Shown here piece after piece: positions 1 to 9,943 of a stretch of 64,000 nucleotides of DNA (position 1 is its first letter; each line of letters opens with the position of its first letter). Made by a program: the position numbers and the translations under genes. Location: the sequence record KM657822; one strand, written 5' to 3'. The notes beneath the pieces are model-generated. The model did no database searches and was not told the DNA's origin. It saw nothing but the letters and a program-made list of their open reading frames with translations. This DNA comes from Escherichia phage vB_EcoM-VpaE1.

Positions 1-2367
1 ATGCGCATGGTAAATGACCACGCAGAAGTGATTAAGAGTTCAACTTCTTTGGAGACATCTCAAGCACAGATTACAATGACACCTGAAATGTTCAGCCTTC
101 TGAGTTCTGGTGTATACACATTCAAAGAAAGGGCAGTGATTCGTGAACTGTCATGTAATGCAGTAGATGCTCAGAAAGAAGCTGGAAAAGAGAACATCCC
201 ATTCCATGTGCATTTACCTACTCGATTTGAGCCTTACTTTGAAGTCCGTGACTTTGGAACTGGTTTAACCCATGACAAAGTAATGAGTTTGTACCTGAAC
301 TACGGGGCTTCTACGAAGAATGACTCTAATGATTACATTGGTGCAATGGGTATCGGCTCAAAATCACCATTTGCAATTGCTCAGTCATTCACAGTGTCTA
401 GCTATGTTGATGGTGTTGTTAATAAGTACTCTGTTTACCTTGAGAATGGTATCCCTCAAGTAACTAAGCTTACTACTAACCCAACAAATGAACCTAATGG
501 CTTAGCTGTACGCGTGGCAGTTGCTGACCACCGTATTTCAAAGTTCTTTGAAGAGGCTGGTCACGTATACTCATACTTTGCTGTAAAACCAGAAAGTAAC
601 ATTGTATATGATGATGTGTTAGCAGATATGAACGTCATTGCTCGTGAAGAAGGTGTTTATGATGCCATGATTCATAAGCAAAGCTGGCGTTCTAGTGGTA
701 ACAGGACAGAGTTTAATGTGGTGATGGGTAATATTGCCTATCCAGTGAACATGGAAGCATTACTTGGTGATGATTTCTTCAAAGTATTGCCAGAATTTTT
801 CCGTAGGAGCGTAGACCTTGTAAACATCTACATGCCTATTGGTTCAGTTGCTATTGCAGCTTCTCGTGAAGCATTGCAGATGAATGACACGACAAAAAAT
901 GTTATCATTGAGGCTACTAAAAAGATAACTGAAGCCATTACAAAGGATGTTATCAAGAAAGTTAATAGCCAACCTACACTCATGGATGCTGCACAGGCTT
1001 ATGCTGAGTTACGTTTGAACTCACGAGAGATGTTTAATGCTGTGTGTCCAAAGCTAGAGTGGGGAGGCGTTAAGCTTGATTCTCTGGAAGAAGAATTGCT
1101 AAACATTCGTCGTGGGATTATCTACGCAGAAGACGGCTCAGTCATTTATGAACGTGACGGTAAAGGTAATATTAAGGTTGACAGTAAAGGAAACAACATT
1201 CCTAAAGTGGACTACCTATACAATCCAGTTGCTTATGTCAAGTTCAACTCTTTAGAGAGTAAGATTCGTGCAACAGCACTTTCCTACACTCAAGAGGCAA
1301 GTATGTTCAATATCTTTGGTGCAATGCGTAAAAGCCAAATTGAACAGTTTTTGTTCGTGATTAATGACCGTCGCAATAAAAACGGAACTGAGAAGACTGT
1401 AGGACGCAATCAAATCTTGCGTGGTGCATGTCGAGACTACGCCAACGAGTCAAGTCTGTTTCACAGATACAATGGTATTGTGTTTGTATTCTCGACTGAA
1501 AAAGAGTTGGATGATTTAATAAATCTACACAAACTTGATAAAAGCTTGTTAAAGATTGTGAAGATGTCTGATAAGGAACATCACTACCAGCGTAAAGAAG
1601 CTGTAAGAGGTGTTGTAAAACTCTGGAAAGCTGTTCCAGCAGAAGGTGTAGCTTCCTATAAAGAGGTTTCAGAGGACTTCGATACAATTGAAGAACCTCA
1701 GCTTTACATTAAGGCAGTTGGCGATACAGTTGATGGCGAATGTTTTTGCTCATCTCCAGAAGATGTAGCCAAGTCAGTTGCTAATGTTACAGGGAAGACA
1801 GTCTATGTTTTCCGAAAAGCAAATTGGAAAAAGATACCAGAAGACTGGATTGAAGTAGATGAGAAGCTCTTGAACGACAGCTTAACTGATGTTCACTGGA
1901 TTAATCATAACAGGTATATGACACGTATCTATATGAATGGTGTTCTTGACCTTACAAGCAGTTGGATTATCGCCAGAAACTTTACATTCAATAACAGGAA
2001 GATTTCTCGTGGTTATTGCTATTCACGAGATACTAACAAAACTATCTTCCTAGAAGGCAATGAAGATGCTGTAGAGGCAATGTTCGGTAAAATCCAATAC
2101 GTTGCTGCACCATTTGCATACACTTATACTATTAGTGTATTGAAAACTTTGAAAGACTGTCTTGACAACGATACAAAGCTTTACAAGAAAATTAAGAAAG
2201 CTGGTGACCGTATGGTTATTAAGGTGACAAACTATCTTTCAAAAAGAAAACAAGAAAACTTCTTGCTTTCTCATTTAGATTGGAATAAAGTGTCACCCAT
2301 CGAAGTGAGTAAGTTCTTAGGTTTTGATGTAAAATGTGTTCCAGAAGGAACTACAATTTACGATTAA
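1..2367 (+). CDS. rIIA: rIIA-like membrane-associated protein (GHKL ATPase-like N-terminus)
   Basis: N-terminal motif RELSCNAVDA resembles the GHKL ATPase fold seen in T4 rIIA; 788 aa; immediately followed by rIIB homolog. ATG at position 1, so the true start could lie left of the window. Confidence 0.8.
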   Translation: MRMVNDHAEVIKSSTSLETSQAQITMTPEMFSLLSSGVYTFKERAVIRELSCNAVDAQKEAGKENIPFHVHLPTRFEPYFEVRDFGTGLTHDKVMSLYLNYGASTKNDSNDYIGAMGIGSKSPFAIAQSFTVSSYVDGVVNKYSVYLENGIPQVTKLTTNPTNEPNGLAVRVAVADHRISKFFEEAGHVYSYFAVKPESNIVYDDVLADMNVIAREEGVYDAMIHKQSWRSSGNRTEFNVVMGNIAYPVNMEALLGDDFFKVLPEFFRRSVDLVNIYMPIGSVAIAASREALQMNDTTKNVIIEATKKITEAITKDVIKKVNSQPTLMDAAQAYAELRLNSREMFNAVCPKLEWGGVKLDSLEEELLNIRRGIIYAEDGSVIYERDGKGNIKVDSKGNNIPKVDYLYNPVAYVKFNSLESKIRATALSYTQEASMFNIFGAMRKSQIEQFLFVINDRRNKNGTEKTVGRNQILRGACRDYANESSLFHRYNGIVFVFSTEKELDDLINLHKLDKSLLKIVKMSDKEHHYQRKEAVRGVVKLWKAVPAEGVASYKEVSEDFDTIEEPQLYIKAVGDTVDGECFCSSPEDVAKSVANVTGKTVYVFRKANWKKIPEDWIEVDEKLLNDSLTDVHWINHNRYMTRIYMNGVLDLTSSWIIARNFTFNNRKISRGYCYSRDTNKTIFLEGNEDAVEAMFGKIQYVAAPFAYTYTISVLKTLKDCLDNDTKLYKKIKKAGDRMVIKVTNYLSKRKQENFLLSHLDWNKVSPIEVSKFLGFDVKCVPEGTTIYD

Positions 2368-2448
2368 AGTGTTTGACAAGGGGCTTCAAAACCCCTTAAA
2401 ATAGCATCACAAAATGATTTATTAACTAACAAGAGAGAGAGTAATAAG

Positions 2449-3558
2449 ATGACTACTAAAACTAAAGCACAGATTGACGCAGAAATTTACAAACTGGTTA
2501 AAGAAGGTAAGCTGACTAAAACAGCTATTGCACAGAAATTTAATACTTCAACCCGTTCAGTCGGTCGTGCTGTAGAGCGTCATGAAGCAACCTTAAAAGG
2601 GAATAAGAAGGCAACTTCTACACCAGCTACGAAGACTTTGAAACAAGTTGCTAAGACTTTTAAAAAGAAAGCTGGCAAACCAGTTGAAAAGGTTGTTAAA
2701 GATGCTGTACAGAAAGCTCCAGTAAATAAACTGCATGAAGCTATGCAGAAAGATGACAAGATTGAGTACATGATTACTGGTGACTCTGTAATTATGACTT
2801 ACGGTTCAGAGTCTGAAATTGTTGAATCTACTCATCCGAACTATCAAGAGATTGTAGTTCATGTTGTGAAAGGTGAGTTTAAGAAAGCCTTTGAACTGAT
2901 GAACATTCGTAAGTCTATCGAAAACTTCACTCAGGGTGCTATCACAATCAAAGGCGACAAACTATTCTACGGTGCTGTTGAGATGCGTTCTACTCTGGTT
3001 GACCGTATTCTTCACATGATGAAGACTGGAGATAAAGGTTTCGAACGCCTTGTGATGTTCTTCGAAAAACTGATGGAAAACCCATCTAAAGATTCCGTAG
3101 AACAACTTTGGGGCTTCGTATCTCACCTTGATGTTGAAATTGATGAAGAAGGCTACATCATTGGTTGGAAGAAAGTATCTACTCGTGAAGGCAAGCTGGT
3201 TGACTCCCACACCTACAGAGTACCTAATGATTTGGGTAACATTGTAGAAATGCCACGTTGGATGGTTGATAATAACCGTAACGTGACTTGCTCTCAAGGT
3301 CTTCATGTTGGTGCTTGGGATTATGTTCGTTGTTTCTCAGGTGATACAATTCTGAAGGTTCGTGTCCATCCACGAGACGTTGTATCCGTACCAACTGATT
3401 ACAACGATATGAAGATGCGCTCGTCTCGTTATGAAGTTGCAGCAATCGTTGATAGCCAGCGTAATGTTCTGAAAGCATGGGATGGCAAGACTGAAGCTCT
3501 ACATGTTATCGTTGGTACTGCTGGCGAACTTATTTCTCAGCGTAAACGTGAAATCTAA
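2449..3558 (+). CDS. rIIB: rIIB-like protein
   Basis: Recalled T4 rIIB blocks match (LFYGAVEMRSTLVDRIL...; VRVHPRDVVSVPTDYNDMKMR); adjacent to rIIA. Confidence 0.85.
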   Translation: MTTKTKAQIDAEIYKLVKEGKLTKTAIAQKFNTSTRSVGRAVERHEATLKGNKKATSTPATKTLKQVAKTFKKKAGKPVEKVVKDAVQKAPVNKLHEAMQKDDKIEYMITGDSVIMTYGSESEIVESTHPNYQEIVVHVVKGEFKKAFELMNIRKSIENFTQGAITIKGDKLFYGAVEMRSTLVDRILHMMKTGDKGFERLVMFFEKLMENPSKDSVEQLWGFVSHLDVEIDEEGYIIGWKKVSTREGKLVDSHTYRVPNDLGNIVEMPRWMVDNNRNVTCSQGLHVGAWDYVRCFSGDTILKVRVHPRDVVSVPTDYNDMKMRSSRYEVAAIVDSQRNVLKAWDGKTEALHVIVGTAGELISQRKREI

Positions 3559-3574
3559 TAAGTAATTCTCTTAA

Positions 3575-3598
3575 AAGGCTGCTTCGGCGGCCTTTTTT
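3575..3598 (+). terminator. intrinsic terminator after rIIB
   Basis: GC hairpin ggctgcttcggcggcc followed by T6. Confidence 0.7.
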
Positions 3599-3659
3599 AT
3601 TTGTATTTTGTGCAGAGTGCTGTATAATTGTTTTCACGATAAACTAAACAGGAGAACCA

Positions 3660-4208
3660 ATGAAGAAATTGATTCTAGGTTTGTGCTTAATGCTTACAGC
3701 ACACTTATCTTATGCAGTTGACTGCCCAGAGCTATCAATTAGCCAAAAAGTAAACATGTTAAAAGCTTACCAGTATGGTGAGAATAACATGGGTAAAGGT
3801 TGGGGTATAACTCTAGCTGCTATAGCCTTACAAGAGTCAGAGTTAGGTCTGAAGGTAGAGAATAAAAAGACACATGATTATGGTATTTTCCAGAATCACT
3901 TGAAGACTGTTGTAAAGCGTAACAAAATTAGTCCTAATGTGGCTAAAAAGAAACTCTTAAAAGACTTTGACTATGCTGCAAAGGAAACGCACAAAGAGCT
4001 TGAGTTTTGGACAAAGGTACATGGTCAGCCAAAGTCAAAGAAGACTTTACAAAAAGTTTTAGCATCATATAATGCTGGGTATTCGTACAGAATCCCTAAA
4101 GCTAAGAAGTATTCTCAAGATGTCTATAACAACATGAAAGTTATCGCTCAATGTGAATTTGCAACAAACATTTCTAAGGTAAATCATGAAAAAATTAAGA
4201 AAGTCTGA
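3660..4208 (+). CDS. secreted protein, lytic transglycosylase (SLT)-like
   Basis: N-terminal signal peptide MKKLILGLCLMLTAHLSYA; AIALQESELG...YGIFQ resembles the SLT catalytic-Glu region. Confidence 0.4.
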   Translation: MKKLILGLCLMLTAHLSYAVDCPELSISQKVNMLKAYQYGENNMGKGWGITLAAIALQESELGLKVENKKTHDYGIFQNHLKTVVKRNKISPNVAKKKLLKDFDYAAKETHKELEFWTKVHGQPKSKKTLQKVLASYNAGYSYRIPKAKKYSQDVYNNMKVIAQCEFATNISKVNHEKIKKV

Positions 4209-4881
4209 TGAAGTACTGTGTCACGCTTATGACTTACATCCTTATGAGTTAGGTCTTGATTCCTGTGTATGGACTCCAGAACAGTGTAGGGATTTTGAAG
4301 ACACCGCAAGAGAAGTTGTATGTTCACTCGAAGAGTTCCACACATCAGAGCCAATTGTGAATGTTGTAGATAAAGAGACTGGACAAACTATAGGCGTGAG
4401 TCGTGATAGCTTAGTCATAGTCAATAAAGACCTTGTAGAAAAAGGGAATCTCATCTTAGCAGATATTGATGGTGTTCTTACAAATTTTAATCACGAAGAT
4501 TGCTCAACGGAATTGACTGACGGTTCATTCTCGCAGTATACCAATCTTCTTGATTCTGTAAGAGCAAAGCCGACGTATGTTTTCAATATCATTGATGCAA
4601 TTGCTAATCATGCTGCTGTTGGACTCTTGACAGCGAGAGGTGAATCTCAGAGAATACCTACTGAGATGTTTTTAAGGCATAACACAGAGCATGACTACAT
4701 GCTTTTTATGCGTGGTTTTGGGACTAACTCTATAAGTGCAGAAAGTTTGAAAGTGAGGATGATTCAGTCTTGCATTCTGCCTTACTTTAATATAGTATGT
4801 TTTATAGAAGACACAGAGAAGAATGTGCAGAAGGTGAACAGAATCCTTCCACACATTAAAACCATGTTAGTTAAACATTGA
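4186..4881 (+). CDS. hypothetical protein (possible HAD-like phosphatase)
   Basis: ORF with DIDGVL motif resembling HAD motif I; otherwise unrecognised. Confidence 0.3.
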   Translation: MKKLRKSDEVLCHAYDLHPYELGLDSCVWTPEQCRDFEDTAREVVCSLEEFHTSEPIVNVVDKETGQTIGVSRDSLVIVNKDLVEKGNLILADIDGVLTNFNHEDCSTELTDGSFSQYTNLLDSVRAKPTYVFNIIDAIANHAAVGLLTARGESQRIPTEMFLRHNTEHDYMLFMRGFGTNSISAESLKVRMIQSCILPYFNIVCFIEDTEKNVQKVNRILPHIKTMLVKH

Positions 4882-4891
4882 GAGAAAACTT

Positions 4892-5356
4892 ATGAACAAT
4901 ATCATTACGGTAGCACTGGACGATACGGTAAACAAATCTGCAATAGTTCGTAAAATGATTCAAGGTAACTTTGAAGGTAAAATTTTTCGTGCTGTTAATG
5001 TAAAAGCTGATGGCAGCATTCGTGAATATCGTGCATTATTGAATGTTAAAAAACACGTAAAAGGTGCTGGTTCAACGACTGCACACAAAGAAAACCTGAT
5101 GACTATCTATGATATGGGTAAGGCTTCAGAGTTAGGTGCTGAAGGTATCGTTAAAGAAGGTGCTCCGTATCGCTCTTTCAATCTGGAAACTACTCTTATG
5201 CTTTCCTTTACAAGTGGTTCTAAAACAATCACTTATCTCTTTACTGATGCTGCAACGGTATCTGCTATTAAGGATAGCACTGTCAAAGCTGGCGTAGTTG
5301 CTGCTGCAAAAGCTTCTTCGATGGCTGCGAATATCCTTGCTAAAGTCCTCGGTTAA
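4892..5356 (+). CDS. hypothetical protein
   Basis: ORF with upstream RBS; followed by terminator. Confidence 0.5.
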   Translation: MNNIITVALDDTVNKSAIVRKMIQGNFEGKIFRAVNVKADGSIREYRALLNVKKHVKGAGSTTAHKENLMTIYDMGKASELGAEGIVKEGAPYRSFNLETTLMLSFTSGSKTITYLFTDAATVSAIKDSTVKAGVVAAAKASSMAANILAKVLG

Positions 5357-5368
5357 GGTTAAGATACA

Positions 5369-5389
5369 GGCTCCTTCGGGAGCCTTTTT
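5369..5389 (+). terminator. intrinsic terminator
   Basis: Hairpin ggctccttcgggagcc followed by T5. Confidence 0.7.
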
Positions 5390-5408
5390 CATTTTAGGAG
5401 ATTGTTAA

Positions 5409-5756
5409 ATGACATTTAAAGAGTTCTGTCAAGCTACTTTCATAATTGTTTTCTTAGTTGGTGCAGGTGTCTGGGGAGGATACTCTTACAGAGACTATCA
5501 AGTTGCTGAAACTGAGCTAAACAATCAAAAGCTCATAAGTGTTGCTAAAGATGCTTATCAGGAAGGATTAGTCACACTGAGCACCAATTACAAAAATGAT
5601 TTGAAAGATGTGCTTGCTAAGAATAAGCATACAAAAGAGGTACTAACATATGAAAAAACTAAGCCAGAGTTTTATAATGTTTGTGTTACTGATAACTATG
5701 TCAGGGTGTTCAACGAACAAAGTGAACAGTACATTCAAAAACTCCCAAGTAAGTGA
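5409..5756 (+). CDS. candidate i-spanin (Rz-like)
   Basis: N-terminal TM segment then helical periplasmic-type region; overlapped at 3' end by a lipoprotein ORF in another frame. Confidence 0.4.
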   Translation: MTFKEFCQATFIIVFLVGAGVWGGYSYRDYQVAETELNNQKLISVAKDAYQEGLVTLSTNYKNDLKDVLAKNKHTKEVLTYEKTKPEFYNVCVTDNYVRVFNEQSEQYIQKLPSK

Positions 5757-5919
5757 GAGCGATAAGTACACTCAAGAAGAGTCACGGTATATCATCAAAG
5801 GTAACACAGGCAGTGATGTAGCAGCAGCCCTTGAGTTCTATCGTGACGGCTTTTACCAGTGTACAATCAAAGCTAATAACCTTATTGACATGATTTTATT
5901 AGGGAATAAGCAGCAATGA
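5650..5919 (+). CDS. candidate o-spanin (Rz1-like lipoprotein)
   Basis: Signal peptide with lipobox LITMSGC; start embedded in 3' end of preceding ORF, the classic Rz/Rz1 arrangement. Confidence 0.4.
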   Translation: MKKLSQSFIMFVLLITMSGCSTNKVNSTFKNSQVSESDKYTQEESRYIIKGNTGSDVAAALEFYRDGFYQCTIKANNLIDMILLGNKQQ

Positions 5920-6185
5920 CAGAGAATCAAGATACTTTCTATGTAGAAGGTTACTTACTGTTACCACGACCAAAAGAAACTTATATGCGAATTGATTTCT
6001 CACCAACCATTATGGATAATGTGATGTGCCATATCTTTATGCAAGGTGTCACAGCACAACTTAAGCATGTTGGCAAAGAGTGCAAAATAAAGGTTGACAC
6101 TCATCCAGAAATCAAAGAGAATCACTACACATGGTTCTTACCAGACTCTAAAGAAATCTTAGCAGTTCTTAAAACGAGGAAATGA
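5916..6185 (+). CDS. hypothetical protein
   Basis: ORF in tightly packed same-strand gene series. Confidence 0.4.
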   Translation: MTENQDTFYVEGYLLLPRPKETYMRIDFSPTIMDNVMCHIFMQGVTAQLKHVGKECKIKVDTHPEIKENHYTWFLPDSKEILAVLKTRK

Positions 6186-6496
6186 TTATGCAATTCCAGC
6201 CAACAAATCGTGGATTTTCTTATGCAGAATTTAAAGATGCTAAAGGGGAAATTTGTACTTTACAAGAGAGTTCATCATACGAACCATGTATCTGGTTAGG
6301 TGCTAAAGAGGTCTCTGTTCAGTACCTAGATAATGGCTGGAAAACACTTGATATTCCAGCATTAGTAGGCAAAGATTTTGTAGGTAACCAAAGAATGAAA
6401 CTCAATCAAGAACAGGTAAAAGAACTGTTGCCGTACCTTCAATACTTTGCTGAAAATGGTGAATTACCAACAGAGGAACTTACAAATGCAGATTAA
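6182..6496 (+). CDS. hypothetical protein
   Basis: ORF, start overlaps previous stop (ATGA). Confidence 0.45.
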   Translation: MIMQFQPTNRGFSYAEFKDAKGEICTLQESSSYEPCIWLGAKEVSVQYLDNGWKTLDIPALVGKDFVGNQRMKLNQEQVKELLPYLQYFAENGELPTEELTNAD

Positions 6497-6812
6497 TGGA
6501 AGAGACTTTGTAGCCGTTTACTACGAGAACAATAAAGAAGTTGGTGTAGCACAAGTAACTTATGGTAATGGTAAGTGGTTATACGGAACAATCGCAGTAG
6601 TTGGAACAAGAAGTGATACAAAAACTTTTAAAGATTGTGTTGACCTTCTTGAAGAATCCATCCACAATCATTGGTGTCTGATATGGATGACCGACAACGA
6701 AGTGATAGAACGCTTCAAAAAGATTGGTATCAACATTGATAGTATTGAGCATGTTGATTTATATGAACTAACTGAGAAGGTAAACTATGAAAGTAATACT
6801 GGCCAGAGATAA
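6486..6812 (+). CDS. hypothetical protein
   Basis: ORF; start moved to ATG at 6486 preceded by gaggaa RBS. Confidence 0.4.
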   Translation: MQINGRDFVAVYYENNKEVGVAQVTYGNGKWLYGTIAVVGTRSDTKTFKDCVDLLEESIHNHWCLIWMTDNEVIERFKKIGINIDSIEHVDLYELTEKVNYESNTGQR

Positions 6813-7014
6813 AAAGACACGGAAAATTATCCGGTCAGCAGTATCCATTGGAAGAAATGAAGTGATTCCTTTTACAGCAAATGATGTGATAATCTACAGG
6901 AAAAAATTAGCATTCAGTTATTGCTTACGTGGCTTTATCTCCCAGCCATTGGAAGACTTTAAAAGTCGTTGTGGTAAAGGTATCATCATTCAAGAGGCAA
7001 TTATCAATGGCTGA
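6787..7014 (+). CDS. hypothetical protein
   Basis: ORF in series. Confidence 0.35.
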   Translation: MKVILARDKKTRKIIRSAVSIGRNEVIPFTANDVIIYRKKLAFSYCLRGFISQPLEDFKSRCGKGIIIQEAIING

Positions 7015-7207
7015 CTTCTGCAAAGACTGTTCTATCGAAATGTTCGGACGTGATACAGGTGACTTAAAAGGTCTCATCACTGAAGATGACTTTAAAGCTG
7101 GTTATGCAATGCCAGTAATCTGTGAAGGATGTGGGTGTATCTGGGTAGACCACGAAGGGCAACGTGTAAAACCTTCTGAAGACAAAGAATCTTGGGAGAG
7201 ATGTTAA
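7006..7207 (+). CDS. small zinc-ribbon protein
   Basis: CxxC...CxxC pattern (FCKDCS ... CEGCGC); start taken at internal ATG 7006. Confidence 0.4.
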
Positions 7208-7208
7208 G

Positions 7209-7994
7209 ATGGGTATTGTAAAAATCATCAATGGTGATATCTTTGCTGCATTTGATAAAGGTAAGTTTGACATCATTGGTCACGGTTGTAATTGTATGAA
7301 TTTAATGGGTGCAGGTATCGCTGACAAGATTTCTAAACTTTACCCAAAAGCATATGAGACCGATACAGAAGTTTACCTATATGCAGGTGGCATAGGTCAC
7401 AAACCCTGTGAAAATTTACTGGGTAATTTCTCTGTAGCACGTTTAGAACAAGGCCGTATAGCTAACCTTTACACTCAGCTTAAGACTGGTAAAGATGCCC
7501 GATACAGTGCTTTAGAGTCATCTTTGAAGCAGCTTAACAGATACTGTGAAGTCAACCAGTTGAAGAAGGTTGGTTTACCTATGATTGGTGCAGGTATCGG
7601 TGGGCTAGACCCTCAAGCCGTCACAGTTATCATTAATCAGGTGATGAAGAGTGTAGATGTGTATCTTTATGTCTACGAAGGAGAGATGTACCACAAGTTA
7701 CGCTCAGGTTGGAAGAACTACTGTGAACCAGAATACTTTGCAGGTGTAGCAGTGTTCACAGATAACGCAGTTACCCTCTTCAGACGAAGAAAAGGTAAGA
7801 TACATCAAAGTAACCCTCCGGTTGAAAAGATGTCTCTAAGTAACGCTCTAGTTACCCACCTGTCGAAGAGCAATCACAGGATTGCAGTAACATTTGGCAG
7901 TGATGCAGATGCTTACATCTATGCAAGAACTGATGAGGATATCGAGACAGTTTTCTCTTCACCAGAAGTTACCTTCTTAGACGCAAAGAACTAA
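7209..7994 (+). CDS. macrodomain protein, TARG1/OARD1 (DarG-like) type, with C-terminal extension
   Basis: GDIFAAFDKGKFDIIGHGCNCMNLMGAGIA and LPMIGAGIGGL match the recalled OARD1/TARG1 blocks GDLFAC...HCISEDCRMGAGIA and MPRIGCGL. Confidence 0.75.
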   Translation: MGIVKIINGDIFAAFDKGKFDIIGHGCNCMNLMGAGIADKISKLYPKAYETDTEVYLYAGGIGHKPCENLLGNFSVARLEQGRIANLYTQLKTGKDARYSALESSLKQLNRYCEVNQLKKVGLPMIGAGIGGLDPQAVTVIINQVMKSVDVYLYVYEGEMYHKLRSGWKNYCEPEYFAGVAVFTDNAVTLFRRRKGKIHQSNPPVEKMSLSNALVTHLSKSNHRIAVTFGSDADAYIYARTDEDIETVFSSPEVTFLDAKN

Positions 7995-8413
7995 GAAACT
8001 CCGTAGAATATTCACAATAGTCTAAGCCTTCCTTATCTGGTAAATTTTTCAGGTAAGGAGGGCTTTTTCATTTCAGATTTGTGCAGGTAGAGTTCTGTAG
8101 AGAAATCTGTAGAGAGAATTTTAAACTCCAAAGAGAAAATTCATTTTCAAACTGTGTAGGTAATCTCCAAAGAGCTTTTTCATTTTCAAAACGTGCAGAG
8201 AAAAATCAGGTCGGGCAAGAAAAATCATTTTAGAATTGTGCAGGTAGGTGGGGATGTCGCCATTTCTCACAAGGCTACCACATCTAAAAAGAAAAGTCAA
8301 CAGAAAAATTTGTAGCGGATTGAAAAATAATTCTTGATTGTAGTTCTGTTTTGTGGTAGTCGCGTGCGCCCGTTTCATTACAGTTTTTTGCAAAAATATT
8401 TTTAAAATCCCTA

Positions 8414-8442
8414 TTGACTCTCTGACTATGGTTATTTAATAT
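8414..8442 (+). promoter_or_regulatory. sigma70-like promoter
   Basis: TTGACT - 17 nt - TAATAT. Confidence 0.6.
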
Positions 8443-8503
8443 TTGCATCAACAGGGGGGCGATGACCTCCCAACTAACTAACCTTAAACTAGGAGATTCA
8501 AAA

Positions 8504-8884
8504 ATGGCTTATCGTGCACCTAAATTCATCAATAAAGACAACTTCCGCAACGCACTGGAGAAGACACTTGATGAAAAATTTAACAGCAAATTGATTGTTG
8601 TTCACGCATATAATTTTAAGTATGATATTAACGGGAACAGAATCAACCATTACACGGCAACAATGTTAGATGGCACACTTTCAAGTGAAAAAGCCATTAT
8701 CAATGCACTTGCAGGACGTGGGAAAAACCTGATAAAATGCGATAAGAGACGTTATCAGGGTGGCGCATATGGCTATGATGATGCTGTTTATCATCTTGAA
8801 AATATGGGCTATTCAGTGGAAAAAGCTGGAGTGTCTCAAATAATCGGCAGTGACGGCTATGTGACAATTTTCAAAATTAACTGA
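8504..8884 (+). CDS. hypothetical early protein
   Basis: ATG preceded by conserved taggagattc RBS cassette. Confidence 0.55.
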   Translation: MAYRAPKFINKDNFRNALEKTLDEKFNSKLIVVHAYNFKYDINGNRINHYTATMLDGTLSSEKAIINALAGRGKNLIKCDKRRYQGGAYGYDDAVYHLENMGYSVEKAGVSQIIGSDGYVTIFKIN

Positions 8885-8972
8885 TAAAGTACTTTACAAG
8901 GGGCTTATAGTTCGATAAAGTAAGCCCCAGATAAAGAGCTTTACCACTAAATCCTAAATTGGAGATTCCAAA

Positions 8973-9230
8973 ATGGCTATTATCAAAAACGTTGTAATTC
9001 ATGCAAAAACTCGTGATGACGCTCGCATCATGGCGAAAAAGTTAGGCGGGAAAGTGATTGACAACGGGAAAAAATCTGCTGTAAGATGGGGCGTACAGGT
9101 TGATAAACGTTTAATCTTAAAACGTAGTTCAAACAACCTTTTTAAAGGTGTAAAATCACTCGGTAAAGTGAACGTCTTTACCAAAAAAGGCTATAAAATG
9201 CACTTATCATTGACTGGCAATTTAATCTGA
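8973..9230 (+). CDS. hypothetical early protein
   Basis: ORF preceded by conserved hairpin+RBS cassette. Confidence 0.55.
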   Translation: MAIIKNVVIHAKTRDDARIMAKKLGGKVIDNGKKSAVRWGVQVDKRLILKRSSNNLFKGVKSLGKVNVFTKKGYKMHLSLTGNLI

Positions 9231-9320
9231 TAAAGTACTTTACAAGGGGCTTAAAAGTTGTTACCTTAAGCCCCAGATAAAGAGCTTTACCACATTAACC
9301 TTAAACTAGGAGATTCTAAA

Positions 9321-9617
9321 ATGAAATTATCAAATAAAGTTAGGGAAAATCTAAGCAAGTTACTCAACAAAATTGATTTTATCGAGACCTCAAGAAATAC
9401 TCATGAGGTTATGGAATGGTTGCACGGGAAAATAAATGGCCGTCGTGTAGTGATTTGCTTATGGAATAGTTGCAGGGAGTATAAAAAACCTGTATTACAA
9501 ATTAATATTTATGACGATACTTTTAAAAGCCCTGTTAAATCTAAAAGTGACTTATTAGAATCTTATGAGATAACTTTAAATGGCAAGGTATCACGCAAAG
9601 AGGTAACACCATGTTAA
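9321..9617 (+). CDS. hypothetical early protein
   Basis: ORF preceded by conserved cassette. Confidence 0.55.
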   Translation: MKLSNKVRENLSKLLNKIDFIETSRNTHEVMEWLHGKINGRRVVICLWNSCREYKKPVLQINIYDDTFKSPVKSKSDLLESYEITLNGKVSRKEVTPC

Positions 9618-9943
9618 TGATGGGGACAACTGCAATCATCGCCATTATAGCACTTTATAAGGCTTACAGCGCCTACAATCTGGCAAGTAAGGCAATTACG
9701 CAACAGGTTAATAATAGCCTTGTAATGAGTTTTCTGGAGCGTTTAAGTGATGAACAAATAAAACGGTTAGAAATGAGCTTCAGATTTCAATCAAAAACTT
9801 ATCAAATCAGCGACATTTTCAAAGATAATTTTCAGCTTGTCGATGATTATAACTCCCTGATAAATGCTTTAAATATCAGTGACTTAAAAGACTATTACAC
9901 TGTAATTGTCCAAGAACTGAACAAACGAAAAAATTTCTCTTGA
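9611..9943 (+). CDS. hypothetical membrane protein
   Basis: ORF with N-terminal hydrophobic segment; start overlaps previous stop. Confidence 0.45.
   Translation: MLMMGTTAIIAIIALYKAYSAYNLASKAITQQVNNSLVMSFLERLSDEQIKRLEMSFRFQSKTYQISDIFKDNFQLVDDYNSLINALNISDLKDYYTVIVQELNKRKNFS

Noticed and set aside
1361-4854. Short antisense ORFs inside rIIA, rIIB and neighbouring genes (e.g. 1361..1687, 2580..2771, 2962..3306, 3224..3478, 4242..4454, 4672..4854)
   Set aside because: Embedded antisense within well-supported long genes.
8121-8393. 90-aa minus-strand ORF in the intergenic repeat region
   Set aside because: Sits in a repeat-rich promoter region with all neighbours on the plus strand; no RBS.
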